A program made the translations under genes and the position numbers. Positions 18,402 through 27,677 of a DNA stretch of 27,677 bases are shown piece after piece. The stretch is from Acidobacteriota bacterium. GTDB lineage: Bacteria > Acidobacteriota > UBA6911 > JACQSX01. Numbering within the stretch: the first letter of the stretch is position 1; each line of letters starts with the position of its first letter. The notes beneath the pieces were generated by a model. It was not told the DNA's origin and made no database searches. It saw only the letters and a program-made list of their open reading frames with translations. The DNA is taken from positions 1 to 27,677 of the forward strand of contig DASXQR010000098.1 of the NCBI GenBank assembly GCA_036507075.1, read 5' to 3'.

Positions 18402-18943
18402 TGAAATCGGCCACCCACCCCACCACCGAGACACCAAGTCAGCATGTGACAGCGTCGGCGCCAACGTGGCAGCTAAAGAATTTTGTCAGGAAAGCAAAGT
18501 TCCGCCGATTAGCTGCGTCGCTTCTGTTTCTTAAATGCGGCGGGCAGATCTAAGATGTAGGTTGGCGGTGCTTCACGCCGGGCATTCAGCCCGGGCGTCG
18601 CAAAATTTCGAAGCACCGCAACATTGCCTTGAGCTGATGCCTGCAATGAAGCAATTAACTTGTGAACAATGCCTGGTTTGATGCCATTTACGGCCTGGCA
18701 AGCGGCCTCGGCCTGCCCGAACTGCTTTTCAAAAGGCTGGTTTAATAGTAGACGGCTGGCTCCAGGCGCAGCATTGTTGGAAGGACTTTGTCGACAGAAT
18801 TCGCCCGCTTGTGCCTGTGCCCGAACCCTCCGGGTGATCGAAAGGCATTCTCTCGATGGATAAGCGATTCGGATTGAACGAGCTTGCCCAGTCCCGGCAT
18901 AATGTGTGCAGAAACTTAGGTTTTTCCTAAGGTATTGCACACA

Positions 18944-19220
18944 ATGGGACACGCAGGTAAAAGAACCCCGGATCACGCCGCTCTTTATCATCTTGCCGAG
19001 CAGCAGGCCGAATACTTCACCGCCCGTCACGTGGCCAAGGCGGGTTTCTCCTGGGAGCGCCTGACCGAATACTCGAAAAATGGGCGCTTCCAAAGAGTCG
19101 CTCACGGAATTTATCGACTGGCCCAGGTTTCCTTCCTCACGTTTCGAGGATCTCTTCGTGGCCTGGCTGAAGTGTGGCCCGCGGTCTGCCATCTCACATG
19201 AAACCGCTCTTGCCCTCTCT
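18944..19220 (+). pseudogene. AbiEi-like type IV TA antitoxin, frameshifted and truncated
   Basis: LAEQQAEYFTARHV...FQRVAHGIYRL, then a frameshift into FPSSRFEDLFVAWL...AISHETALAL, then loss of similarity; no AbiEii follows. Confidence 0.8.
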
Positions 19221-19393
19221 TCCAGGGTCCAGGGCGGGATCGCTAAAAACCTGAACCACGAAGCCGGCTATCTCGTTCTCAATCCGGTGAGGTGAGTCAA
19301 CCGTCTCGGCGCAATCGATACGACGGAATTCAGGAGGTAGGCGGTAGACAGATCAAGAACCTTTCAGAGCAGACGAAGGAAAATTCATGCGGC

Positions 19394-19906
19394 TCAAACT
19401 GTCAGGTCGGAGGGATTATAGACGACGTAATCGGAGGCACGTTCAAGGTCTTTATCCGCGCTGGCGATTCCCTTAATTCCAAGTCTCAGAGCTGTCGCCA
19501 ATAATACTGCATCATTCGTCAAGAATCCGCACCGGCGACGAATGGAGAGGCTCTCCATAAGATCTGCTTGTTTCAGATCTTCGACATGAAGACGTAATGC
19601 GAAAATGCGTCGCAGTCGTTCTTCATAGCGAACGAGAGACTGAATCCGCTCGGGCCGCTCCAGTAGAGATCGAACCGGATTTGAGCCCTTTGCCCAATCA
19701 TTCTCCTTAGCCTCGAGCATCATCAGCCGGTGCGTCACCTCTACTAGGGAAAGAATTGAAACATATCCCTGAATATTACCTGCCGCGCAGCGTTGCATGA
19801 ACCGGCCGCAGTCGTCCGAGCGCTGCGTGAGCCAGTAGACAAAAATATTCGCGTCGATCAAGATCCGGGCGCCTTCTTGGACCTCACGCAGATTTACTGT
19901 TCCCAC
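19394..19906 (-). CDS. vapC: PIN-domain toxin (VapC family)
   Basis: ILIDANIFVY, EVTHRLM, LTNDAVLLA and IASADKDL; likely GTG start at 19906 overlapping the antitoxin end. Confidence 0.9.
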   Translation of the reverse strand: MGTVNLREVQEGARILIDANIFVYWLTQRSDDCGRFMQRCAAGNIQGYVSILSLVEVTHRLMMLEAKENDWAKGSNPVRSLLERPERIQSLVRYEERLRRIFALRLHVEDLKQADLMESLSIRRRCGFLTNDAVLLATALRLGIKGIASADKDLERASDYVVYNPSDLTV

Positions 19907-20133
19907 ATATCCATTCGCAAGACAGCTTGCAGGTCTTCGTCTGAGACCCGGATTGGATTGCTGTTGAGCCATTGCCAGGCTTGAAGGGATTCCTGCTTGC
20001 TTGGGTTTAGCTGGAGATAAGCGACTACGGCGTCATGCAAGATCTCGGCAAGGGGGCGTTGCTCATCGGCAGCGCGCTTCTTGAGCTCCTTGAATAGCCG
20101 CTCTTCTAGAACTGTTCCGATTTTGCGTTTCAT
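19894..20133 (-). CDS. RHH-type antitoxin
   Basis: MKRKIGTVLEERLFKELKKRAADEQRPLAEILHDAV fits RHH; directly upstream of the PIN gene. Confidence 0.85.
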   Translation of the reverse strand: MKRKIGTVLEERLFKELKKRAADEQRPLAEILHDAVVAYLQLNPSKQESLQAWQWLNSNPIRVSDEDLQAVLRMDMWEQ

Positions 20134-20187
20134 CCTCTGTTCCCGCTTCGATTGTAGGTGAATTGAATTAGAGACGTCAAATGATTA

Positions 20188-20251
20188 TCTAGATATCTAG
20201 AAGTAATCTAGACATGACGCAGAAATGCTGCCAATGTGCTACAATGTGCAC
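20188..20251. promoter_or_regulatory. Divergent TA promoter/operator region
   Basis: Three TCTAGA palindromes (20188, 20196, 20207); extended -10 TGCTACAAT (20237-20245) 6 nt before ATG 20252. Confidence 0.55.
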
Positions 20252-20536
20252 ATGTCAAAAAAGCAGAGTGTGGGTGTCCGGGAGCTGCGGCAAAATCTGA
20301 GTGTATACCTCAGGCGTGTAAAGCGCGGTGAGCCTATTGAGGTCACGGAACGCGGCCGGGCAGTCGCCATACTCGCGCCCCTACCCGAACCTGCCACGGC
20401 CATGGACCGACTGGTTGCTTCGGGCCGGGCTTCGGCGCCGGCCGGCGACCTGCTCGATCTGGCCCCAATTCCCTCCAGAGGACTGTCGAGACGACTCAGG
20501 CGCGCCCTCGATGACATCCGCGCCGAACGTCTGTAA
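20252..20536 (+). CDS. Phd/YefM-family antitoxin
   Basis: VGVRELRQNLSVYLRRVKRGEPIEVTERGRAVAILAP. Confidence 0.92.
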   Translation: MSKKQSVGVRELRQNLSVYLRRVKRGEPIEVTERGRAVAILAPLPEPATAMDRLVASGRASAPAGDLLDLAPIPSRGLSRRLRRALDDIRAERL

Positions 20537-20934
20537 TGACGAAACTGATTTATCTCGATTCCTCCTCAATCATAAAGCTGGTCATCCGGGAAGCCGAGAG
20601 CACGGCGTTGATTGAGTTTTTGCGTCATCGTCTGCAGCGGACCTCAAGCGCCGTCGCCCGGGTCGAAGTGCTGCGAGCGCTTCGTCGTGCAGGAGCGACA
20701 CAGGCCGAGAACGATCACGCTGTGGAAGTTCTCCGGCGTCTGGCCCTGATACGAATCAATGATGCGATCCTCGAGTCTGCAGCCGAGCTTGAGCCGTTCG
20801 ACTTGAGATCACTGGACGCGTTACACCTTGCCAGCGCGCTGTCGCTTCAACCAGATCTTGAGGGCATCGTCACTTATGACAGACGTCTCGCGGCTGCCGC
20901 GCGACCACTGATGACCGTATGGACCCCGCAATGA
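20536..20934 (+). CDS. vapC: PIN-domain toxin (VapC family)
   Basis: IYLDSSSIIKL, RVEVLRA, LRSLDALHLASA and VTYDRRL; TAATG overlap with the antitoxin. Confidence 0.93.
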   Translation: MTKLIYLDSSSIIKLVIREAESTALIEFLRHRLQRTSSAVARVEVLRALRRAGATQAENDHAVEVLRRLALIRINDAILESAAELEPFDLRSLDALHLASALSLQPDLEGIVTYDRRLAAAARPLMTVWTPQ

Positions 20935-21128
20935 ACTGCAGCTTCTGCCTCGCGGGATCGAAGTCGATATCGACATGCTCTTGGCGTATAATCCGCACCA
21001 TCGGGACTCATCCAGGACCGGGGACCACCCGCTAAGTTGACCTAAAGACCCCTCTCAGGTGAGTATCTCGACCTGGGTTGAAAACGCGGCTTTATTCCGG
21101 CTATCCGCCTTAGCACGGGAGGTGAGGC

Positions 21129-24100
21129 ATGTTTCAAAGAGCAAGATACCTACTCATGGCTTTCGCAGTGGCTCCGTTTCTTCTTCTACCTACGTTTCAA
21201 CGTTTGAATGCTCAGGTCCTTTACGGATCTGTTGTGGGAAGCGTGACGGACCAGAGCGGCGCGGTGGTGCCCGGGGCCACGGTCAGCATTACCAATGTCC
21301 AGACCGGACAGGCCCGAGAAGGCATGACCGACGACGCCGGCTACTACTCAATTCCCAACGTGCTTGAAGGCACCTACGACCTGGGCGTCAAGATGCCAGG
21401 GTTTCGCACTTACCTGGAAAAGGGGATCGTGGTCTCCATAAATACGGTCAGGCGCGTCAACATCACCCTGCAAGTGGGGGAAGTCGCCGAAACGGTCACC
21501 GTAGCGGCCAGTACGGCGGTCCTCCAGACGTCGAAGGCGGACATCAGTGTGAGTCTGGAATCGCGCGCGGTGGTGAATCTGCCCCTTTCCAACTACCGCA
21601 ACTATCAAACCCTCATTAATCTGGTTCCAGGCGTCACACCGGGGAATCTTCAAAACGCCGTCACCGACACGCCCGGCCGTTCCTTGACCAACAATGTCAA
21701 CGGAATGGACCGCGGCGCCAACAACACCCGCCTGGACGGTGCGGCCGATATTCTGGTCACGATGCCTCACCATGCCGTGTACGTCGCGCCGGTCGAAAGC
21801 GTCGAGACGGTCAACGTCTCCACTAACAACTTCGATGCCGAACAGGGCATAACGGGCGGCGCCGCCGTCACCGTGGTGACCAAATCCGGAACCAACGAGT
21901 TCCATGGCAGCCTTTTCGGCCTGCACGACAATAGCGCCTTGCGGGCCTTCCGCTGGGATGAGAATCGCGCCCAGCAAACCCGGAAGCCCAAGAGCATTCG
22001 AAACATCGACGGGGGCAGCGTCGGCGGACCCATCCTGAAAAACAAGCTGTTCTTTTTCGCCGATTGGGAAGGCACCTTCGAGCGGGTGGGCTTTTCCTCA
22101 CTCTTTTCCGTCCCGCCGGCTGATTTCCGCAGGGGGGATTTCAGCAGAAAGCTGGGGGCGCAGATCAGGGATAGGAATGGCAACCCCATTATGATTCCCA
22201 CTACCGAGGGCAGCTCCGTGCCCCTGCAGCAAGGGATGATCTTCGATCCCTTCACCGGCAACCTGAACGGCACAGGCCGTTCGGTCTTCTCTTCTAATGG
22301 AGCGCTCAACGTCATCTCTCCGGCTCGGTTGAACGGCCCCATGACAAAGCTGCTGGCTCTGGTTCCTGCACAGACCCTTCCCGGTGATACCGCCAACTAC
22401 TTCAACTCCGGCAACCAGCGCCTGAACCGCAACAACATCGACGCCAAGATCAACTGGAACCGGAATGAAAAGCACCAGCTCTGGTTCAAGTACAGCGTCA
22501 TGAATGCACTGGTCAGATGTGGTTTCAGCCTCGGCGAAGCCGGCGGCCCCGGCTTGTGCACCGGCGGCGGCCTCGGTGAAGGTTCCACCCTGACGCAGGT
22601 AGCCACAATCGGGCAGACGTACACCGCTTCGCCCAAATTCCTGATTGACGCGACGGTTGGTTGGACTCGATTTGGCCAGGTCGTGGAACCCCCTGACCTG
22701 GGCAAAAACTTCGGATCGGACGTGCTGGGGATTCCGGGGACCAACGGTCCCGACAGGCGGGAAAGCGGCCTGCCGGCTTTCAGCATCTCCGACTATACAA
22801 CGTTGGGCAATGCGGAAGGCTGGAACCCACTTTACCGCAATGACCAGTCCTACACGTTAAATGTCAACTTCAACAAGATTCAGGACAATCACGACATCCG
22901 GTTTGGCTTGGACCTCATGCACCACCTGATGAACCACTGGCAGCCGGAGCTGGGCGATGGCCCGCGCGGTGCGTTTAGCTTCGGTTCTGCCGTTACGGCC
23001 TTGAATCCCAGCGCGATCGGTGCCGCTGTGGGATTCCAGGGAGGCACTCCATCGTTCGAGAACAGTTGGAACAGCATGGCAGCGTTTCTGCTTGGAACGC
23101 CCTCGTCCTCCGGGAAGAGCAGCCAGTTCATCAAGATGGACAGCAAAGAGAACACGTGGGCTCTCTACGTCCGCGACCGCTGGCGCGTTGGTCCAAAGCT
23201 GACCCTCAACCTGGGATTGCGATGGGAGCTTTACCCCACTCGGACGCGCTCGCAGGGCCTGGGCATCGAATCGTATGATCCCACAACCAACGAGGTGTTG
23301 GTCGGTGGCAAAGGCGGCATCCCCCGGGACAACGGCGTAGGCTACAGCAAGAAGCTCTTTGCTCCCCGTATCGGATTTGCCTATCAAATGAAACAGAGCA
23401 CGGTGATCCGAGGCGGCTATGGCATTACCTACCATTCGCATCCCTGGGGCGCTCAGGCGTTGCGCGGATTCTATCCGCTGACGGTTGTCGGGTCTTTCAG
23501 TGGCGTCAATGGATTTCAGCCTGTTACGACGGATCCTAATTACGTGGCGGCAGGTATTCCCAACCAGCCGTTGGGCCCCAAGGTCGGAATACTGTCGATC
23601 TGCTGCCCGGACATCAGCAAGGGAAGGATTCCGCTGCCGTTGTCGGCCGAGATGGGCTACCCGGAGGCCAACAAGCAGTTGAAGCGGGGCTACATCGAGT
23701 CGTGGAATCTTACTATCGAGCAAAAGCTGCCGGCCGAGCTGGTAACGTCGATTGGGTACGTGGGGACCCAGTCTATAAATGGATTTGGGTTCATACAACT
23801 CAATGCGTCACAAACCCCGGGATCGGGCAACAACGGCCGACCGCTCTTTGCAAAGTTCGGACGCACCGCCAATACCAGACTGTGGGACGGCCGCAACCAC
23901 AGCATCTACCACGCGCTGCAGGCCACCATCAATCGGCCCTTCACAGGCGGCCTTTTCCTCAAGGGTGCTTACACCTACTCGCGGGCCATCAGTGAAGCCG
24001 AGTACGCTGACTGGACGACCCTCCCGTGGAACGCGCTCAGTCAGCTCTCTCGCAACCGCGCCCCGGCGGTGTTTAACATCCCCCACATGTTGCAGCTTGC

Positions 24101-24617
24101 CTATGTGTACGAACTTCCCTTCGGGCCCGACAAGACGTGGGCAACACATGGTGTCGGCAGGACGCTCCTGGGAGGCTGGCAGATCAACGGCATCTTCAGT
24201 GCCTATCAAGGGCGGCAGTATACGCTTAGCGCTTCCGGCGCCTCGTTGAACATGCCGGGCGGCAACATCCAGACCCCGGACCAGGTCAAGCCCACCGTCG
24301 AAAAGCTGGGCAACGTCGGCGATGGCACCTTCTTTGACACCTCTGCGTTTGCGCGGGTCACGGAGGTTCGGTTCGGCACTGTGGGTCGAAACACTATGCG
24401 CGGGCCCGGCGTGGTGAATATGGATGCCAGCCTGTTCCGCACCTTCAAACTCACCGAGGGGCTCAATATGCAATTCCGGGCCGAGGCATTCAACGTGAGC
24501 AATACGCCACACTTCACCAATCCGAATGGCAATGTCAACAGCTCGAACTTCGGGAAAGTCCTCGGCGTAGCGAACGACCCGAGGTCATTCCGGTTCGGCT
24601 TACGCCTCAGCTTCTAG
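21129..24617 (+). CDS. TonB-dependent receptor with carboxypeptidase-regulatory-like N-domain (acidobacterial/Oar type)
   Basis: Signal peptide; GSVTDQSGAVVPGATV, TKSGTNEFHGS, LTLNLGLRWE, FAPRIGFAY; C-terminal RFGLRLSF. Confidence 0.95.
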   Translation: MFQRARYLLMAFAVAPFLLLPTFQRLNAQVLYGSVVGSVTDQSGAVVPGATVSITNVQTGQAREGMTDDAGYYSIPNVLEGTYDLGVKMPGFRTYLEKGIVVSINTVRRVNITLQVGEVAETVTVAASTAVLQTSKADISVSLESRAVVNLPLSNYRNYQTLINLVPGVTPGNLQNAVTDTPGRSLTNNVNGMDRGANNTRLDGAADILVTMPHHAVYVAPVESVETVNVSTNNFDAEQGITGGAAVTVVTKSGTNEFHGSLFGLHDNSALRAFRWDENRAQQTRKPKSIRNIDGGSVGGPILKNKLFFFADWEGTFERVGFSSLFSVPPADFRRGDFSRKLGAQIRDRNGNPIMIPTTEGSSVPLQQGMIFDPFTGNLNGTGRSVFSSNGALNVISPARLNGPMTKLLALVPAQTLPGDTANYFNSGNQRLNRNNIDAKINWNRNEKHQLWFKYSVMNALVRCGFSLGEAGGPGLCTGGGLGEGSTLTQVATIGQTYTASPKFLIDATVGWTRFGQVVEPPDLGKNFGSDVLGIPGTNGPDRRESGLPAFSISDYTTLGNAEGWNPLYRNDQSYTLNVNFNKIQDNHDIRFGLDLMHHLMNHWQPELGDGPRGAFSFGSAVTALNPSAIGAAVGFQGGTPSFENSWNSMAAFLLGTPSSSGKSSQFIKMDSKENTWALYVRDRWRVGPKLTLNLGLRWELYPTRTRSQGLGIESYDPTTNEVLVGGKGGIPRDNGVGYSKKLFAPRIGFAYQMKQSTVIRGGYGITYHSHPWGAQALRGFYPLTVVGSFSGVNGFQPVTTDPNYVAAGIPNQPLGPKVGILSICCPDISKGRIPLPLSAEMGYPEANKQLKRGYIESWNLTIEQKLPAELVTSIGYVGTQSINGFGFIQLNASQTPGSGNNGRPLFAKFGRTANTRLWDGRNHSIYHALQATINRPFTGGLFLKGAYTYSRAISEAEYADWTTLPWNALSQLSRNRAPAVFNIPHMLQLAYVYELPFGPDKTWATHGVGRTLLGGWQINGIFSAYQGRQYTLSASGASLNMPGGNIQTPDQVKPTVEKLGNVGDGTFFDTSAFARVTEVRFGTVGRNTMRGPGVVNMDASLFRTFKLTEGLNMQFRAEAFNVSNTPHFTNPNGNVNSSNFGKVLGVANDPRSFRFGLRLSF

Positions 24618-24636
24618 ACTGGTTTGACCCATCATG

Positions 24637-24670
24637 CGGGCGCAGGCAACTGCTGCGCCCGGTTCTTTTT
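24637..24670 (+). terminator. Rho-independent terminator
   Basis: CGGGCGCAG/CTGCGCCCG stem followed by GTTCTTTTT. Confidence 0.7.
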
Positions 24671-24780
24671 CCGGCGGACGCGACCTGCTCCTGTCCGAGC
24701 CTCTTTGGGAGCGGCATTGATGTATTCGGTAATGCTTTTAGGCGGCGCTTTTCTTGACGTCATAGTCTTATTCTCACTGA

Positions 24781-25286
<506 letters not shown>

Positions 25287-25446
25287 CTAAGCCTCGGTGG
25301 ATATGGCGTGCCTGCGACCAATCCGATCGCACGACCAGATGTTTGGACTGCGATAATAGTAGAAGAGTTTCAGCAATTTACGACGCATGCTGACAACCGA
25401 TCGAATGGCCCGGGCATTGCTTGCGCAACCAATCGGGAGGCGCAGC

Positions 25447-27677
25447 ATGAAAATCCTCAATCAGCGGCGCGCTTACACTGATCGCACCGCGAGGGCCATG
25501 GTTCTAGCTGTAGCAACTGTCGGCCTGTTCGGCGTGTGCCGGCAGCTTGCAGATATACCCATTCGTGGGAAACTTCAGAAGCAAGCGGTCGGCATCGAAA
25601 CGGCGGCTCCGGTCCTATCAAAGGCCGATGCTCACCAGACCCTGCCGGAGCGAACCGGAAGAAAACCTTTCAACTCTTCAAGCGGTAGGTCCACACGCGC
25701 TGAGTTGCTGCGAGCCTGCGGCAGCCTTCCCCTGGGTTTTGAAGCCAATCGCGGGCAGACGGATCCTGAGGTCAAATTCCTGTCCCGCGCGCCTGCTTAC
25801 ACTCTGTTTCTAACGTCTACTGAAGTTGTCCTGGTCCTTCGCAAACCTCGGCAACCCGAGAGCACCGGTGGGGATGAAGTCGTGCTGCGTATGCAATTCC
25901 CCGGCTCAAATGCCGCGCCACATGTCAGAGGGCTTGACGAGCTGCCCGGCAAAGTCCACTACTTCATCGGCAATCGTCCGACGGATGCGCCGATAACCGC
26001 CCCCAGTTATCGGAAGGTCAAGTATGAGGAAGTATATCCGGGTGTGGACCTTATTTTTTACAGCAGGCACGGGGAATTGGAATATGACTTTGTTTTTGCT
26101 CCGGGTGTTGACACAAATAACGTCAGGCTCTCCTTCGAAGGTGCCGAACACTTCATGTTGGATGGAAAAGGGGATCTCATTCTGCAGATTGCCGGCGGCC
26201 AGGTCCGCATGGCGCGACCGGTCCTGTACCAGGAGAGCGGCGGGGTTAAACATGAGATCTCCGGTGGCTATGCGATCCGTGACAGGAGTGAGGTTGCTTT
26301 TCGAGTCGACGACTACGATGTTGCCAGCCCCCTGGTGGTTGATCCGGTGTTGAGCTACAGCACCTATGTGGGAGGCAGCGACAGCGATGTTGCCCATGCT
26401 ATCGCCCTGGACACTCAGGGCAACGCGTACATCGCAGGCGAGACGCGGTCAATAGACCTTCCGTCGCAAACCGGCATATCAACCGGCGCTTTTGGCAAGG
26501 TATTCATCGCGAAGATAAATGCAGCCGCTGATTTCATTGTGTACACCATCATTCTGGGTGGAACAAAAAACTTGGATCGGGCCTTCGGAGTCGCGGTGGA
26601 TGCCGAGGGTTACGTTTACGTAACGGGCGAAGCCGGTTCCGATAATTTCCCTACCCGGAATGCCTTCCAGTCCTTCTGCGTGCTCGGTTCTCTGGGTGGC
26701 TGCCAGGATGCTTTCGTGGCTAAAATCGATCCGACGGGCACCGAGTTGATTTACTCCACTTTTTATGGGACGCCCCGAAACGAATTCGGAAATGCTATCG
26801 CCGTGGACTCGCTTGGCAACGTCTACGTTGCGGCGAGTGGACGAGGTTCCGATTCGGATGTTTTCGTCCTGAAGCTGAATCCGTCCGGCATTCCGTTCTA
26901 TGCGAGGTCTTTCGTCGGTCGTGATCTTGACAGCGCCAATGGTATCGCTGTCGACTCAAGAGGAAATATTTACGTCACCGGCACGACACACTCGACCGAT
27001 TTCCCTGTCCGCAACGCTCTGCAACCGACCAATGGCGGCGGAACTCTGACTGCGATCGGGGGAGGAGGCCCGTTTCCCGTTGATGCCTTTGTGATGAAAC
27101 TGGATTCCAATGGATCAATCCTGTACTCCACTTACCTGGGTGGCAGCGGTGATGATACCGGAATGGCGGTTGCGGCCGACGCCGACGGCAACGCTTACAT
27201 AACAGGTATGACGTCCTCGAACAATTTCCCGACGTCGAGTCCCTTCCAGCCGAGTCTTGCGGGGGGCTCTCCCCCGGTTGTGGGCAATCTCGCGGGCGGA
27301 GACGCTTTCGTGGCCAAGTTGAATCCGATTGGTTCGGCGCTGGTGTACTCCACCTATCTCGGCGGAAGCGGGAACGATGCCGGCGCAGATATTGCCGTGG
27401 ATGCACAGGGATTCGCCTACGTGGCCGGTTCAACTGCTTCGACAGACTTTCCCACGGCGAGAGCTCTCCAGCAGCGCTCGGGCGGGAACGCCGACGCTTT
27501 CCTGATAAAGCTGAATGCCTCCGGTGCGTCGCTGGAATATGCCACGCACATTGGCGGGAGCGGGGATGATGTCGGCAACAGCGTCGCCGTCGATTCCGCC
27601 GGCAACGCTTACGTGGCGGGCGGTACATCCTCTGGAGACTTTCCGGTCACCAATCTTCAAGTGACTAAGGGGGGATT
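25447..27677 (+). CDS. SBBP (beta-propeller) repeat exported protein, 3'-partial
   Basis: GGGAGG RBS; LPLGFEANRGQTD...VKFLSR; repeated YSTYLGGSGxD...IAVD..GNAYV.G.T.S.DFP; frame open at the window end, hence absent from the ORF track. Confidence 0.92.
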   Translation, partial: MKILNQRRAYTDRTARAMVLAVATVGLFGVCRQLADIPIRGKLQKQAVGIETAAPVLSKADAHQTLPERTGRKPFNSSSGRSTRAELLRACGSLPLGFEANRGQTDPEVKFLSRAPAYTLFLTSTEVVLVLRKPRQPESTGGDEVVLRMQFPGSNAAPHVRGLDELPGKVHYFIGNRPTDAPITAPSYRKVKYEEVYPGVDLIFYSRHGELEYDFVFAPGVDTNNVRLSFEGAEHFMLDGKGDLILQIAGGQVRMARPVLYQESGGVKHEISGGYAIRDRSEVAFRVDDYDVASPLVVDPVLSYSTYVGGSDSDVAHAIALDTQGNAYIAGETRSIDLPSQTGISTGAFGKVFIAKINAAADFIVYTIILGGTKNLDRAFGVAVDAEGYVYVTGEAGSDNFPTRNAFQSFCVLGSLGGCQDAFVAKIDPTGTELIYSTFYGTPRNEFGNAIAVDSLGNVYVAASGRGSDSDVFVLKLNPSGIPFYARSFVGRDLDSANGIAVDSRGNIYVTGTTHSTDFPVRNALQPTNGGGTLTAIGGGGPFPVDAFVMKLDSNGSILYSTYLGGSGDDTGMAVAADADGNAYITGMTSSNNFPTSSPFQPSLAGGSPPVVGNLAGGDAFVAKLNPIGSALVYSTYLGGSGNDAGADIAVDAQGFAYVAGSTASTDFPTARALQQRSGGNADAFLIKLNASGASLEYATHIGGSGDDVGNSVAVDSAGNAYVAGGTSSGDFPVTNLQVTKGG

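Noticed and set aside
18509..19192. 227-aa minus-strand ORF
   Set aside because: Antisense to the AbiEi remnant and without a recognisable motif; probably a shadow ORF.
21348..24538. Multiple long minus-strand ORFs
   Set aside because: Antisense shadows of the GC-rich TonB-dependent receptor gene.
26340..27677. Repeated DNA units as CRISPR or tandem repeat
   Set aside because: They are degenerate in-frame SBBP protein repeats; no CRISPR array or cas gene is seen in the window.

Overview
Accessory region of a probable Acidobacteriota chromosome (host inferred from the acidobacterial-type TonB-dependent receptor, SBBP-repeat protein and ADOP permease fragments). Positions 875-18401 form a ~17.5 kb integrated element bounded by 48-bp direct repeats (47/48 identical) of the 3' half of an initiator tRNA-Met. 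Neither copy has a tRNA 5' half, so this is probably the second element of a tandem array whose intact tRNA lies upstream of the window. The element core is a tyrosine integrase, an RHH protein, an excisionase-like HTH, a symmetric iteron-like palindrome and a truncated primase-associated ATPase. Its cargo looks defence-like: a TIGR04255-like/HEAT/ART-like three-gene operon, an HhH glycosylase-like gene, an 821-aa Zn-ribbon/PD-(D/E)XK protein and IS21 remnants. The most notable unannotated structure is a decaying minus-strand array of integron attC-like sites (15714-18060, plus a collapsed site at 12380) separating AbiJ-like, nucleotidyltransferase and GIY-YIG genes and apparently gene-less spacers, with no integron integrase in the window. 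A conserved 21-bp TAAGAT-containing motif precedes two of these sites. A tandem arm-type repeat (GTGRGCAR-N3-GTGRGCAR) occurs at both att arms and three times inside the element. Right of the island lie an AbiEi pseudogene, two divergent VapBC-type TA pairs, a TonB-dependent receptor, gene fragments, a REP-like doublet and an SBBP protein running off the window. All family calls come from motif recognition by eye; no searches were run.
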